Notes under the pieces: model-generated
The model's database searches: none
Seen by the model: the letters and a program-made list of their open reading frames with translations, nothing else
What the model was told of the DNA's origin: nothing
In this document: piece by piece, positions 19,501-28,381 of the stretch
Position numbering within the stretch: position 1 is the stretch's first letter
How the letters are laid out: the number at the start of each line of letters is the position of its first letter
Translations under genes and position numbers: made by a program
Virus record (IMG/VR): IMGVR_UViG_3300046804_005798
Span: 1-64,000 of that record
From: a virus
Reading direction: 5' to 3' (one strand)
DNA: 64,000 nt

Positions 19501-21057
19501 GTTCTTGGTTTATCTCAAACTTTTACTGGTGCTAATAATTCATTTTCAGGTATAAGTGCTAGTGGTACATTAAGTGCTACTGGTCTTCTTTCATTAATTG
19601 GTTCAGCCACAGCGGCTCATGTATTTGGTAGCAACCAAGGATCAGGAACGTTAACATTTGGTGGATCTGGTGGTACTGGTACAATTACTTTTGGTCGTTC
19701 TACTGCAACTCAACAAACTGATATTCAAACAGGTGCATCAGGTGTAGGAACCACTAAAACTATTAACTTAGGTACTAATGGTTTATCAGGTTCCTTTACT
19801 CAAATCAACATCGGACCAACTGCTGGTATTGGTACTGTTGTTATTAACTCCGGAACTAGACTTGGTATTGGGTCTGCAGTTCCAACAGCAGCACTTGATG
19901 TAGTAGGGGATGTTAGAGTTTCTGGTATAGTCACGGCAACAACATTTGTAGGTACTTTAACTGGAACCGCAACAACTGCAACAGCATTACAAAATGCAAG
20001 AAACTTTTCAATCACTGGAAATTTTGTAACTGCTTCCGACATATCATTTGATGGAACTGGTAATGTAGCACTTGCTGCAACAATCACCCCAGATTCAATT
20101 GGACTTGGTACTTATACAAGTGGTGATTATGTAAAAAATATTTCTGGAACATCAAACCAGATTACAGTTACCTCTGGAACTGGTGAAGGTTCTACACCAA
20201 CACTCAGCATCCCATCACAATTTACTGCACCACAAGATGTAACAGTTACAAGAGACCTTCAAGTTAATCGTAACTTGAATGTAACTGGAAATATTACTCT
20301 TGGTGGAACAACAGCATTTATTAATGCTCAAGAACTAAAAGTTTATGACCCAGATCTTGTTCTTGGTGTTAGAACAGATGGTGGTGGTAATGATATTTCC
20401 AATGACACAACGGCAAATCACGGTGGTATTGCTATTGCATCAACAGAGGGTAGTCCATTAGTTCAACTCTATAATCCTGGTATTGGAGAATCAACACTTG
20501 CCACATATAAGAAAATTATGTGGTTTAAGTCCGGTTCCTTTACTGGTCTCAATACTGATGCTTGGTTAATTAACTATGCTGTTGGTATTGGTTCAACACA
20601 ATTCCCAACAGGAACTCGTCTTGCTGCTGGTAATGTTCAATTTACTCAAAATGATTTGGCAGTTGTAAAAAACATTAATGCTTCCGGTATAGTCACTGCA
20701 TCAAGTTTTAGTGGTAATGCTTCAAGTGCTACTTATGCCACAACTTCTGGAGCATCAACAGATGTAATTGGTGGTATTGCTTCAGTAACACAATTGAGTG
20801 TTTCTGGAATATCTACACTTGGAGTTACTAGTACTACTATCTTAACAGCACAACAACTCAATGTCTCTGGTGTAGTAACAGCAACATCATTTAGTGGTTC
20901 TGGAACTAATTTAACAGGTATTGTAACTTCTATTGTTGCTGGAACTAATATTACTATTTCCGGTTCAACTGGACAAGTTACTATTAACTCAACTGCTTCT
21001 GGTGGAGGTGGTAGTGCAGATGCTCTTGATATTTTAGAAGTGATGTTATTTGCATAA
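16534..21057 (+). CDS. Long tail fibre-like protein
   Basis: 1507 aa, Thr/Gly/Ser-rich, shares modules with the upstream fibre. Confidence 0.85.
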   Translation: MAIKIIGSTIIDDSRNIVNAGIATVTSVSIGNTQVVSSARQLQNIISLDATTTATIESAIANAPNTFTDLSVSGVSTLGVTSATNLTAQQLNVSGVSTLGTVQILSGIVTATSGVVTYYGDGSKLTDIQVSSTSGIATYASTAGIATYSSTSGIATYASTAGIATYSSTSGIATYANDAGVASYAIYAASAGIATYANNAGIATYASTAGIATYASTAGVSTALQNSRTFEITGDVVASQISFDGTGNVSLAATIQPNSVALGTDTTGDYVTNITGTSNQITVTSGTGEGSTPTLSIPNQFTAPQDVTVTRDLQVDRNLNVNGNITIGGTSATIFSSTLNIYDPDIVLGVRTDGSGNDASTDNTANHGGIAIASTEGTPLVSLYDVGVGETNPSTYKKFMWFKSGTFSGLGTDAWISNYAIGIGSTQVPNGVRLAAGGMQVTDTTVSTPQLSVSGVSTFTGTVSFGTSAYFGDNNRAYFGDSNDLEIYHSGTNSFILDNGTGNLVLGTNGDRVSIVKGTGTETLARFNIDDSVELWFNNVKEFETTGYGATVFGTLQTQGLQVNSGVSTVGFLTATNIWNSGITTSSSFVKSGGTSNEFLKADGSVDSSTYLTSYTETDTLDSITTRGNTTTNGISVGILTATSGNFSGIITSSGANVSGITTISVNSPTDAALRITQLGSGNALVVEDETNPDSTPFVIDASGSVGIGTTNPGSKLTVNGAVQIQQDSGSNNRLVFRGQPGSSYRWNIDNYSSSNEFRIFREDDATAANGFSPFSISTTGTLTANKFSGDGSLLTGITASGSGVAIQNQGSNVGTATTINFSTNLTASFSSGTATISLSNNPSISGILTADQVYTSNNGNGQNIRIGDDFWLGDVNVANTTRFSGAQDSTRAFVIFGSSDDVALGRTGTGPLYYGGNFNAAGISTLGITSTTNLTTQQLNVSGIGTFQSSNLKIRNPANTFEYSIVGSAIAANRNLTLPLITSNDTVAVLGLSQTFTGANNSFSGISASGTLSATGLLSLIGSATAAHVFGSNQGSGTLTFGGSGGTGTITFGRSTATQQTDIQTGASGVGTTKTINLGTNGLSGSFTQINIGPTAGIGTVVINSGTRLGIGSAVPTAALDVVGDVRVSGIVTATTFVGTLTGTATTATALQNARNFSITGNFVTASDISFDGTGNVALAATITPDSIGLGTYTSGDYVKNISGTSNQITVTSGTGEGSTPTLSIPSQFTAPQDVTVTRDLQVNRNLNVTGNITLGGTTAFINAQELKVYDPDLVLGVRTDGGGNDISNDTTANHGGIAIASTEGSPLVQLYNPGIGESTLATYKKIMWFKSGSFTGLNTDAWLINYAVGIGSTQFPTGTRLAAGNVQFTQNDLAVVKNINASGIVTASSFSGNASSATYATTSGASTDVIGGIASVTQLSVSGISTLGVTSTTILTAQQLNVSGVVTATSFSGSGTNLTGIVTSIVAGTNITISGSTGQVTINSTASGGGGSADALDILEVMLFA
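16924..17193 (+). repeat. Tandem 27-nt coding repeat (54-nt higher-order unit)
   Basis: SSTSGIATY/ASTAGIATY units, first 54-nt unit repeated exactly. Confidence 0.9.
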
Positions 21058-21081
21058 ATATTCAAAAACTATAAAGATATA

Positions 21082-21489
21082 ATGGCACTCGCAAAGGCAA
21101 ATTTAGGATTTCCAGTTGTAGTTTCTGCAGGAACAACAGCAACAGTTTATAGTGTTGGTTCTGCGAAGACGGCATATATTAGAAGTATTGTAATTTTTAA
21201 TAGTAATGTTGGAACTGCAAATACTGGACTTTCACAAACAGTTCAAATCTATGCAGTTCCAAATAGTGGTGGTTCTGTAGGAGTTGCAACAGCAGGAAAT
21301 AGAATTGGTAGAGTTTCATTAACTGCTGATGATACATTTTTTTACGATTTGCAATATCCAATTACTTTACAAAATACTGGAGATAGCATTCAAGTTTTTA
21401 ATGAGGGTTCATTTGCGTGGTCACTTTCTGGAATTGCGACGGCAACTAATCCAGTAAATGTTATGATATTAGGCGATAGAGAGGCATAA
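21082..21489 (+). CDS. Hypothetical tail-fibre-associated protein
   Basis: 135-aa beta-rich ORF after fibre genes, upstream ATAAATA. Confidence 0.65.
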   Translation: MALAKANLGFPVVVSAGTTATVYSVGSAKTAYIRSIVIFNSNVGTANTGLSQTVQIYAVPNSGGSVGVATAGNRIGRVSLTADDTFFYDLQYPITLQNTGDSIQVFNEGSFAWSLSGIATATNPVNVMILGDREA

Positions 21490-21493
21490 GAAT

Positions 21494-22462
21494 ATGTCTT
21501 TTAGAGCTGCTAAGTTTGGATTAAGAACTGCTCTTAGTGATTATATTCTAAGTGGAAAGAGTAAGACACAACACTCACAGAATATCACAAGAGTTTCTGC
21601 AGATGGGGGAACGATTTTAACTCCAGGTAATGGATATCGTTATCATATTTTTACCGCACCAGGAACCTTGCGTATAGGTAATGGTGGAACTCTTGATTAT
21701 ATCGCCGTTGCTGGTGGGGGCGGTGGTGGTGGAACAGGAACACCTCCAACATTTTCTGGAGGTGGTGGAGGAGCAGGTGGATATTTAACTAGAAATAATG
21801 TAAGTTTTAATGCAGGAACTTATACAATTACTATTGGTGGCGGAGGTGGGGGTAGCACTGGACCAACTACTAAAGGGGTCGCTGGAACGCCGACGACTAT
21901 TTCTGGTCCTCCATTATTTACTACATTAACCGCAACTGGCGGTGGAGGTGGAGGAGCTAGTGGTAGTACACCAGGAAGTACTGGAGGATCTGGAGGGGGA
22001 GGTGCATCTCCTCTCGGTGCTGGTGGCTCTGCAACATCAGGACAAGGAAATAATGGCGGATCTGGAGCTCCAACAGCAACTCCAATTCCATCATCTGCTG
22101 GTGGAGGAGGTGGTGCAGGAGGAACTGGAGGAACTGGAACAACAGGAGCAGCTTCAGGTCCTGGAGGTATTGGATTACCAGCATTTCAGGGAGATTCTGG
22201 AATTCCTCCAGCATATGGAACACCTGGACCAGCATCTGGAAGATATTTTGCTGGTGGTGGAGGAGGAGCATCAAATACTTCTGGATCTGGAGGGGGAATT
22301 GGTGGAGCAGGGGGAGGTGGTGCTGGAGCAGTTTCTCCAACAGCTACTGGTACTCCTGGAACTACAAATACGGGTGGAGGTGGTGGAGGAGGCGCTGGAG
22401 CCCCATCTGGAACAGGCGGCGGCGGTGGTTCTGGTATTGTAATTATCCGATACCTTGTGTAG
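21494..22462 (+). CDS. Glycine-rich protein (adhesin-like)
   Basis: YRYHIFT..., VAGGGGGG, YFAGGGGG, GGSGIVIIRY motifs. Confidence 0.8.
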   Translation: MSFRAAKFGLRTALSDYILSGKSKTQHSQNITRVSADGGTILTPGNGYRYHIFTAPGTLRIGNGGTLDYIAVAGGGGGGGTGTPPTFSGGGGGAGGYLTRNNVSFNAGTYTITIGGGGGGSTGPTTKGVAGTPTTISGPPLFTTLTATGGGGGGASGSTPGSTGGSGGGGASPLGAGGSATSGQGNNGGSGAPTATPIPSSAGGGGGAGGTGGTGTTGAASGPGGIGLPAFQGDSGIPPAYGTPGPASGRYFAGGGGGASNTSGSGGGIGGAGGGGAGAVSPTATGTPGTTNTGGGGGGGAGAPSGTGGGGGSGIVIIRYLV

Positions 22463-22513
22463 TGACAAATTAGAATTAGTATAGTATACTTTTGATATAG
22501 TATAAGTTGAAAC

Positions 22514-23134
22514 ATGGCATTTCAGTCAATATGGTATTTTAGTGATATTCCTCAAAAAATTGTAGAAACAATTGAAGAAGATCTAACAAATACCTTTCAA
22601 GATCAAATGGGAGATTCACGATTGATGGGAGATGCTCTCAATCGTGATAAAAGAAATTCAAAGAATGCGTGGATCCCAACAACACATTGGACTGCAGGAT
22701 TTGTATGGCATTATATTGAACGAGCAAATCGTGAAAATTTTCTTTACGATATTAGAAATATTGATGGTGAATCAATGCAGTTCACCCAATATAGTGAAGG
22801 AGAATTTTATGGTTGGCATAATGATGCTGGTATTTCCTGTCATTATAAACCAGTAAGTGTTGGTAACCATCACGAAGGAAGGGCACAAGATTATTTGAAT
22901 GAAAATCTTGAACTTGTACGAAAACTTTCATTTGTCGTTCAACTTTCAGATCCTGACGATTATGAAGGTGGAAATCTTCAACTTCTTGCCGAGGATGGTA
23001 AGTCTTATTTTGCTCCAAGAAAAAGAGGAACTGTGATTGTTTTTGACTCTAGAACTCAACACCGTGTTCTCAAAGTAACTAAAGGAATTCGTAAGAGTCT
23101 TGTTGGTTGGGTTGTAGGTCCGAGGTGGAAATAA
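22514..23134 (+). CDS. 2OG-Fe(II) oxygenase
   Basis: YGWHND, RKLSFVVQLS..YEGG, HRVLKVTKGIRKSLVGW. Confidence 0.92.
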   Translation: MAFQSIWYFSDIPQKIVETIEEDLTNTFQDQMGDSRLMGDALNRDKRNSKNAWIPTTHWTAGFVWHYIERANRENFLYDIRNIDGESMQFTQYSEGEFYGWHNDAGISCHYKPVSVGNHHEGRAQDYLNENLELVRKLSFVVQLSDPDDYEGGNLQLLAEDGKSYFAPRKRGTVIVFDSRTQHRVLKVTKGIRKSLVGWVVGPRWK

Positions 23135-23135
23135 T

Positions 23136-23855
23136 ATGGCAGAACAAATGACAGAAGAACAACTCTTCTTCCAGGAAAGATTAAATACTGGAACTTCTTG
23201 GACTCGTAATGAGTTTTTTGAAAAAAATGGATATCTTGTGATTAAAAATCTATGGGATTCCCAAGAACTTTATCGGTCAGTTCCGGAAGAAAGAGGGCAA
23301 ATAAATTATTGGGGTAAAGGATTAGATCAATTTACCTACACAGAACTGGAAATGCAAGTAGAAGGTTCTCTTGCTTGTTATTGGCATCCACAATATCGTT
23401 CAATTCATTCCAAAATTCGTATTAAATTAGAAAAAGAACTTGGGAGAAAACTTTATAATACTTATTATTATGACCGTTTTTATTTTCCGGGACAAGCACT
23501 AACAAAACACGCAGATCGTGATGCTTGTGAGATTTCCGTAACAGTTCATATTAGTTCTAATCTCCAAGAACCTTGGCCGATTTGGATTAAGACTCCAGAT
23601 ACTTATGCAGATAAGAAAAAAACTTTAATTACTCAAAGAGGCGAAAATCGTTCAGTGATTTTAAATGCTGGAGATGGAATGGTTTATAAAGGATGTGAGA
23701 GACCTCATTGGAGAGATCCAATGCCAACTGAATATCAAAGAACTTGGTATGGTAAAAGAGTAGAAAAAGATGGACTTTATTATCATCAAATCTTTTTTCA
23801 TTATGTTCTTGCAGATGGTCAAAGAGTGCAATATGCAAATGATATGGCAAAATAA
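23136..23855 (+). CDS. 2OG-Fe(II) oxygenase-like protein
   Basis: LTKHADRDACEISVT (HxD), GDGMVYKGCERPHWR, QIFFHY. Confidence 0.75.
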   Translation: MAEQMTEEQLFFQERLNTGTSWTRNEFFEKNGYLVIKNLWDSQELYRSVPEERGQINYWGKGLDQFTYTELEMQVEGSLACYWHPQYRSIHSKIRIKLEKELGRKLYNTYYYDRFYFPGQALTKHADRDACEISVTVHISSNLQEPWPIWIKTPDTYADKKKTLITQRGENRSVILNAGDGMVYKGCERPHWRDPMPTEYQRTWYGKRVEKDGLYYHQIFFHYVLADGQRVQYANDMAK

Positions 23856-23876
23856 AAAATACTTTTTGACCCCCCC

Positions 23877-23906
23877 TTGACACCAGGTTAAGAGGGGTGT
23901 TATGAT
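23877..23906 (+). promoter_or_regulatory. Sigma70-type promoter of psbA
   Basis: TTGACA-18 nt-TATGAT. Confidence 0.75.
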
Positions 23907-23949
23907 AAATACAACAACGGGTTAAGAAATGTAACAGGTTCTTAACACA

Positions 23950-24075
23950 AGTTCTTGCCGAAAAGGGACGAAACTCCTCACCGAGACTAGGCAAGTAAAA
24001 GATGTCTCTCATATCCTAGACTGAGGGTGTCTAGGAAATAAGTACCTCCACCATTTCCCTGATGGACTTACTTAC
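23950..24075 (+). ncRNA. PhotoRC-II-like structured psbA 5' UTR
   Basis: GAGAC/GTCTC, TCCTAGAC/GTCTAGGA and CCAT/ATGG stems with AAGTA/TACTT closing, as recalled for cyanophage psbA leaders. Confidence 0.7.
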
Positions 24076-24089
24076 TTTTAAACGTACAA

Positions 24090-26290
24090 ATGACTGCTAC
24101 ACTTTCACAACAAAAACAAACAAATTCCTGGGAACAATTCTGTAACTGGGTAACTTCAACCGATAATAGGTTGTATGTGGGATGGTTTGGAGTCCTTATG
24201 ATTCCTTGCCTACTTGCTGCTACAACTTGTTTCATCATCGCATTCATCGGTGCTCCCCCAGTGGACATTGATGGCATTCGTGAACCAGTTGCTGGATCTC
24301 TAATGTATGGAAATAACATCATCTCTGGTGCTGTTGTTCCAAGTTCTAACGCCATCGGCCTGCATTCGTAAAGGAGTGCCTTATACCAGAAATGGTATAA
24401 GCAAATCGGGTGAATTGCTGGAAACCTAACCCAGTGAAAGGATAAAAGTGTATAAATAGTAATATGGAAACCACTTCTATCCTAATGACTATCTACGAAC
24501 AGTTTATTGAGTATTGTAAAATTGAAAACTTTGATAGTCAGTACTATGAAAAACACCATATTGTTCCAAGACATTCTGGTGGTACTGATGATAAAGAAAA
24601 TCTAATTTACTTACCTCCACATATTCACACACTCGCACATTATTACCGTTGGTTGTCATTTCAAGAAATAGGTGACAAAGTTGCTTACGAAATGAGATGG
24701 AACCAAAATATGGAAGGTGTGAAACTTCGTTCTCAACTTGCTGTTGAAACTAATAAACAAAAGGGTAATACTTTTTGGAATAGTGAATGGCAAAGAGAGC
24801 AGGGACTAAAAGGTGGAACAAAAGGAGGTTCTGCTAATACTCAAAACCAGTTTATTGCTAGACAAAAAGTTGGTAAAACTTATGGAAAGCAAGTTGGTCT
24901 TTCAAGGCAAAAAAGTGATTTGGTAGAAATACTGAAACACTCCACATCTTGGAAACACAAAACTGGAAAAACTGTTACTCTTTTTCCACAAGAAAGTGTG
25001 ACTAAACTTTGTGAAGAACTCCAAAGTATTGAATACTTTGATATTCCAAACAAAGCACTTATAGGAAAACTTCTTCGTGGTGAAAAAAAACAACTTTATG
25101 GGTGGTCTTTTACTGGTATGGCAATCAGCAGCCAAGACACAGACGATACTTCTGTGTAAGGTTCATCGACTAGTCGGTTTCTCAAGCGTGAGATGTAATA
25201 CGACATTAGCGCCCGACACCCTCAATTTAGGGTGATGATATAGTCAGCACCATAAGGAAACTTATGGATTATGCGTTCTACCCCATCTGGGAAGCTGCTT
25301 CCCTAGATGAGTGGCTTTACAACGGTGGTCCTTTCCAACTCGTTGTCTTCCACTTCCTCATCGGCATCTACTGCTATATGGGTCGTGAATGGGAACTTTC
25401 TTACCGTCTAGGTATGCGTCCTTGGATTATGGTTGCTTACAGCGCACCTGTTGCTGCTGCATCTGCGGTATTCCTGGTCTATCCTTTCGGTCAAGGTTCT
25501 TTCTCTGATGCAATGCCTCTGGGTATCTCTGGTACGTTCAACTATATGCTTGTCTTCCAAGCAGAACACAACATTCTGATGCACCCCTTCCATATGCTTG
25601 GAGTTGCTGGTGTCTTCGGTGGTTCTCTGTTCAGTGCTATGCACGGTTCTCTGGTTACTTCCTCGCTGGTTCGTGAGACCACCGAGAATGAGTCCCAGAA
25701 CTATGGTTACAAGTTTGGTCAAGAAGAAGAGACCTACAACATCGTTGCTGCACACGGTTACTTTGGACGCCTTATTTTCCAATATGCTTCCTTCAATAAC
25801 TCCCGTTCGCTGCACTTCTTCCTTGCTGCTTGGCCTGTAGTTGGAATCTGGTTTGCTGCTCTTGGTGTAAGCACCATGGCATTCAACCTTAATGGTTTTA
25901 ACTTTAATCAATCACTTCTATCATCTGATGGTCGTGTGATTAATACCTGGGCTGACATTCTTAACCGAGCAAATCTTGGTTTTGAAGTAATGCACGAGCG
26001 TAGATTTGGGTATTGCGCTCTTTAAATCGGATGAATTGCTGGAAACCCCAAGTGGGCAATCAGCAGCCAAGTCCTAGATACATCTAGGAAAGGTTCAGAG
26101 ACTACCTGAGGAATAAAGTTTCCTTAATAACAGGCACGAGCGTCCGACACCAGAAATGGTGATGATATAGTCCAATCCTGGTAGTAATACCAGACAACCA
26201 AAGGAATAAAAGAATGCCCATAATTTTCCTTTGGACCTTGCATCTGTTGAAGCAACTCCTGTTGCCTTGACTGCACCGACCATCGGGTGA
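24090..26290 (+). CDS. psbA: Photosystem II D1, three exons: 24090-24365, 25276-26001, 26213-26290 (359 aa)
   Basis: Joined exons give continuous D1: ..NAIGLH|FYPIWEA.. and ..EVMHER|[10 protein letters not shown]..; 92+242+25 codons. Confidence 0.97.
24366..25275 (+). mobile_element. Group I intron 1 in psbA (910 nt, after His92) carrying an HNH ORF
   Basis: P1 GCAU|UC with GAGUGC gives U.G at the splice site; core GAATTGCTGGAAAC, AATCAGCAG, GGTTCATCGACTA, GATATAGTC; ends in G. Confidence 0.93.
24464..25159 (+). CDS. Intron-encoded HNH homing endonuclease (start may be ATG 24485)
   Basis: [31 protein letters not shown]; late promoter TATAAATA 24451-24458. Confidence 0.88.
   Translation: METTSILMTIYEQFIEYCKIENFDSQYYEKHHIVPRHSGGTDDKENLIYLPPHIHTLAHYYRWLSFQEIGDKVAYEMRWNQNMEGVKLRSQLAVETNKQKGNTFWNSEWQREQGLKGGTKGGSANTQNQFIARQKVGKTYGKQVGLSRQKSDLVEILKHSTSWKHKTGKTVTLFPQESVTKLCEELQSIEYFDIPNKALIGKLLRGEKKQLYGWSFTGMAISSQDTDDTSV
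26002..26212 (+). mobile_element. Group I intron 2 in psbA (211 nt, ORF-less, after Arg334)
   Basis: P1 GAGCGU with GCGCUC (U.G); core GAATTGCTGGAAAC, AATCAGCAG, GGTTCAGAGACTA, GATATAGTC; ends in G. Confidence 0.93.
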
Positions 26291-26299
26291 TATAATAAA

Positions 26300-26333
26300 G
26301 GGGAACTCTTCGGAGTTCCTTTTTTTATAAATA
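26300..26333 (+). terminator. psbA terminator fused to late promoter
   Basis: GGAACTC-TTCG-GAGTTCC + T run, TATAAATA 26326-26333. Confidence 0.85.
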
Positions 26334-26356
26334 TTTATGCACGAAAGAAAACACGA

Positions 26357-26785
26357 ATGACTAAACTTTACTCTGAACTTTATAGGACTTGTATGACTTG
26401 TAGTAAGGAAAAACTTGCTACTGAGTTCTATGTTCGCAATAAAAAAACTGGAGTTCGACATTCATCTTGTAAAGAATGTGATAAAGCAAGAGTAAAAGCA
26501 CGGCATCAAGCAAATCCAGAACGCACGAGAAATAATGACTTGAAGAGAAACTATGGTATAACCCTCCAAGAACATCAACAAATGTTTGAAGAGCAAAATG
26601 GAGTTTGTGCTACTTGTAAAAGTCCTGGTGATGGAAAATGGAAAAAACTTTGTGTAGACCACGACCATAAGACAGGAAAGGTTAGACAACTTCTTTGTAG
26701 GAGATGTAATATGATATTAGGACAAGCATATGATAATATAAGTCTCTTTGAGGAATATATTAAATACCTACAAAAGCACCAATAA
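26357..26785 (+). CDS. Endonuclease VII-family free-standing homing endonuclease (F-CphI-like)
   Basis: CxxC pairs, LCVDHDHKTGKVRQLLCRRCN (D-H-H-R-N); directly downstream of intron-bearing psbA. Confidence 0.85.
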   Translation: MTKLYSELYRTCMTCSKEKLATEFYVRNKKTGVRHSSCKECDKARVKARHQANPERTRNNDLKRNYGITLQEHQQMFEEQNGVCATCKSPGDGKWKKLCVDHDHKTGKVRQLLCRRCNMILGQAYDNISLFEEYIKYLQKHQ

Positions 26786-26786
26786 T

Positions 26787-26906
26787 ATGTCTCATAATAA
26801 TCAACACGAACCTATGCCTAACTGGGTAATCTGGGCAGGTGTAGGTATGATGATATTCACAGTTCTTATATTTGCCATATTCACTCTTTCAATGATGTAC
26901 TTTTAA
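26787..26906 (+). CDS. Small single-TM protein (39 aa)
   Basis: MSHNNQHEPMPNWVIWAGVGMMIFTVLIFAIFTLSMMYF. Confidence 0.55.
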   Translation: MSHNNQHEPMPNWVIWAGVGMMIFTVLIFAIFTLSMMYF

Positions 26907-27014
26907 CATATGTTACTCATTCTTACATTCTTCATACTCTTCGGAGTGTTTATGTTTATAATGTCGATTACCCAAGATTTATGAGAAATAAATATTCACA
27001 AGTCGCAAGTACTT

Positions 27015-27386
27015 ATGAATATTCTCCAGTCGCCTCAAGACTACTTGTTCAATTTACAGACAACAAGTTCATCAGAAGCAAGACGATTATGGAGAAAAAA
27101 TATAAAAGAAAGTTGGAATCATAAATGCGCTTATTGTAACTCGGAAGAAAATTTGACATTAGATCACGTTGTTCCACAATCAAAAGGTGGTTTGGATATT
27201 ACAAGAAATGTAGTATGCTGTTGTCACTCTTGCAATCAATCTAAAGGACATGAATATTGGAAATTGTGGTATGTTCAACAAGACTTCTATAATGAAGATA
27301 GTTTGAATAAAATAGAAGACTGGATGAAACCACCAAAACCTACGAATCTTTACGTTTATCGTCCAAGAAGGAATAATGCTTCATGA
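27015..27386 (+). CDS. HNH endonuclease (McrA-like)
   Basis: CAYC..LTLDHVVPQSKGG...NVVCCCHSCNQSK. Confidence 0.9.
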   Translation: MNILQSPQDYLFNLQTTSSSEARRLWRKNIKESWNHKCAYCNSEENLTLDHVVPQSKGGLDITRNVVCCCHSCNQSKGHEYWKLWYVQQDFYNEDSLNKIEDWMKPPKPTNLYVYRPRRNNAS

Positions 27387-27494
27387 TAGATTCAACAACT
27401 CCATATAAATTATCAGAGATCATCAGAGACACTTGGCCTGGTCTTTACACTTCGCCAAAAAAGACTTATAATGACAATCCACCATCTACATCAA

Positions 27495-27759
27495 ATGAAT
27501 CAGATACAAAAACTTCAACAGATTGAATATACTGATCATTATTCGGTCTTTGATAAAAATGGTAAAAAAATCTGCGATACTGCAACAATTCAGGATGCTA
27601 TGCTAATGGCATCTTTTGTGGAGGGGGAGGACTTATAAACAAGTTAAAATTCTTCTTGACCAAGTTGTAAATGTTCTATCAACAAGAATGGAAGATGATA
27701 ACCAACTTAAAGCACAAAATATTTTGCCAGAAAGAATGGCAGAACCTGTGATCGTATAA
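27495..27759 (+). pseudogene. Hypothetical gene apparently split by a 1-nt frameshift at a G5 run
   Basis: 47-aa ORF stops at 27638; removing one G at 27623-27627 opens the frame to 27759. Confidence 0.45.
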
Positions 27760-27782
27760 ATTATCTTATATACTTAACAATT

Positions 27783-28022
27783 ATGAAATTTACAGTTTAT
27801 TCAAAAGACGGTTGCCCCTATTGCAGCAAAATTAAACAGGTGCTGGAGTTGGCAAATCTTGAGCACGTTGTTTATAATCTTGGCGAACACTTTGATCGCG
27901 AAGGATTTTATGCTGAATTTGGAGAGGGATCTACATTTCCGCAAGTTATCCTAAATGACCAAACTCATCTTGGGGGATGTGTAGACACTGTTCAATATCT
28001 CAAGGAACAAAATTTAGTCTAA
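27783..28022 (+). CDS. Glutaredoxin
   Basis: CPYC, TFPQV, LGGC. Confidence 0.92.
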   Translation: MKFTVYSKDGCPYCSKIKQVLELANLEHVVYNLGEHFDREGFYAEFGEGSTFPQVILNDQTHLGGCVDTVQYLKEQNLV

Positions 28023-28381
28023 TGGAATCTACCTTTCACGAAGTTTATTTTGATGTTGAAAAGGCAATCGATCTTGCTTTCAATGGACAATTTGTTTTAA
28101 AGTTTTATGATTATCTAAAAATTCGTGGAACACTTAAACGTGAAGTAGAAGAATTTATTAAAAGTACTACTGCAAATGAAATCAGCAATCTTGTGATGGA
28201 TTTGGACGAATACCTGGAAGGTGGTTCTGATGAAATACATAAACAATTGCGAGAGGGTTATGGACATATTCCAAAACCACAAGCAAGAAAGATACGGAAT
28301 TATCTTTATGCGATTCTCGAAGACGCTTGGAAATATAATTATGATAAACGGCCAGGAAGACGGAAAAAGCAAACTAAATAA
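28022..28381 (+). CDS. Hypothetical protein
   Basis: ATG at 28022 overlapping upstream stop; QLREGYGHIPKPQARKI. Confidence 0.75.
   Translation: MESTFHEVYFDVEKAIDLAFNGQFVLKFYDYLKIRGTLKREVEEFIKSTTANEISNLVMDLDEYLEGGSDEIHKQLREGYGHIPKPQARKIRNYLYAILEDAWKYNYDKRPGRRKKQTK

Noticed and set aside
12428-21057. Diversity-generating retroelement TR/VR pair among tail-fibre repeats
   Set aside because: Differences are not adenine-restricted, the repeats are in-frame coding modules, and no reverse transcriptase is in the window
21942-22515. Several overlapping alternative-frame and antisense ORFs
   Set aside because: Shadows of the Gly-rich gene; the same applies to most short antisense ORFs in the track
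23960-24070. Possible hammerhead ribozyme (GACGAAAC plus CTGATGG/CTGAGG)
   Set aside because: The CUGANGA core is not intact and the stems do not assemble; the region is better explained as a PhotoRC-II-like psbA leader
25264-26025. Separate truncated psbA ORFs or a psbA pseudogene
   Set aside because: Group I splicing restores a full 359-aa D1
26787-26906. PsbJ-like photosystem subunit
   Set aside because: Only a P-x-W plus TM resemblance; lacks the FFYG.Y.GLGSS motif
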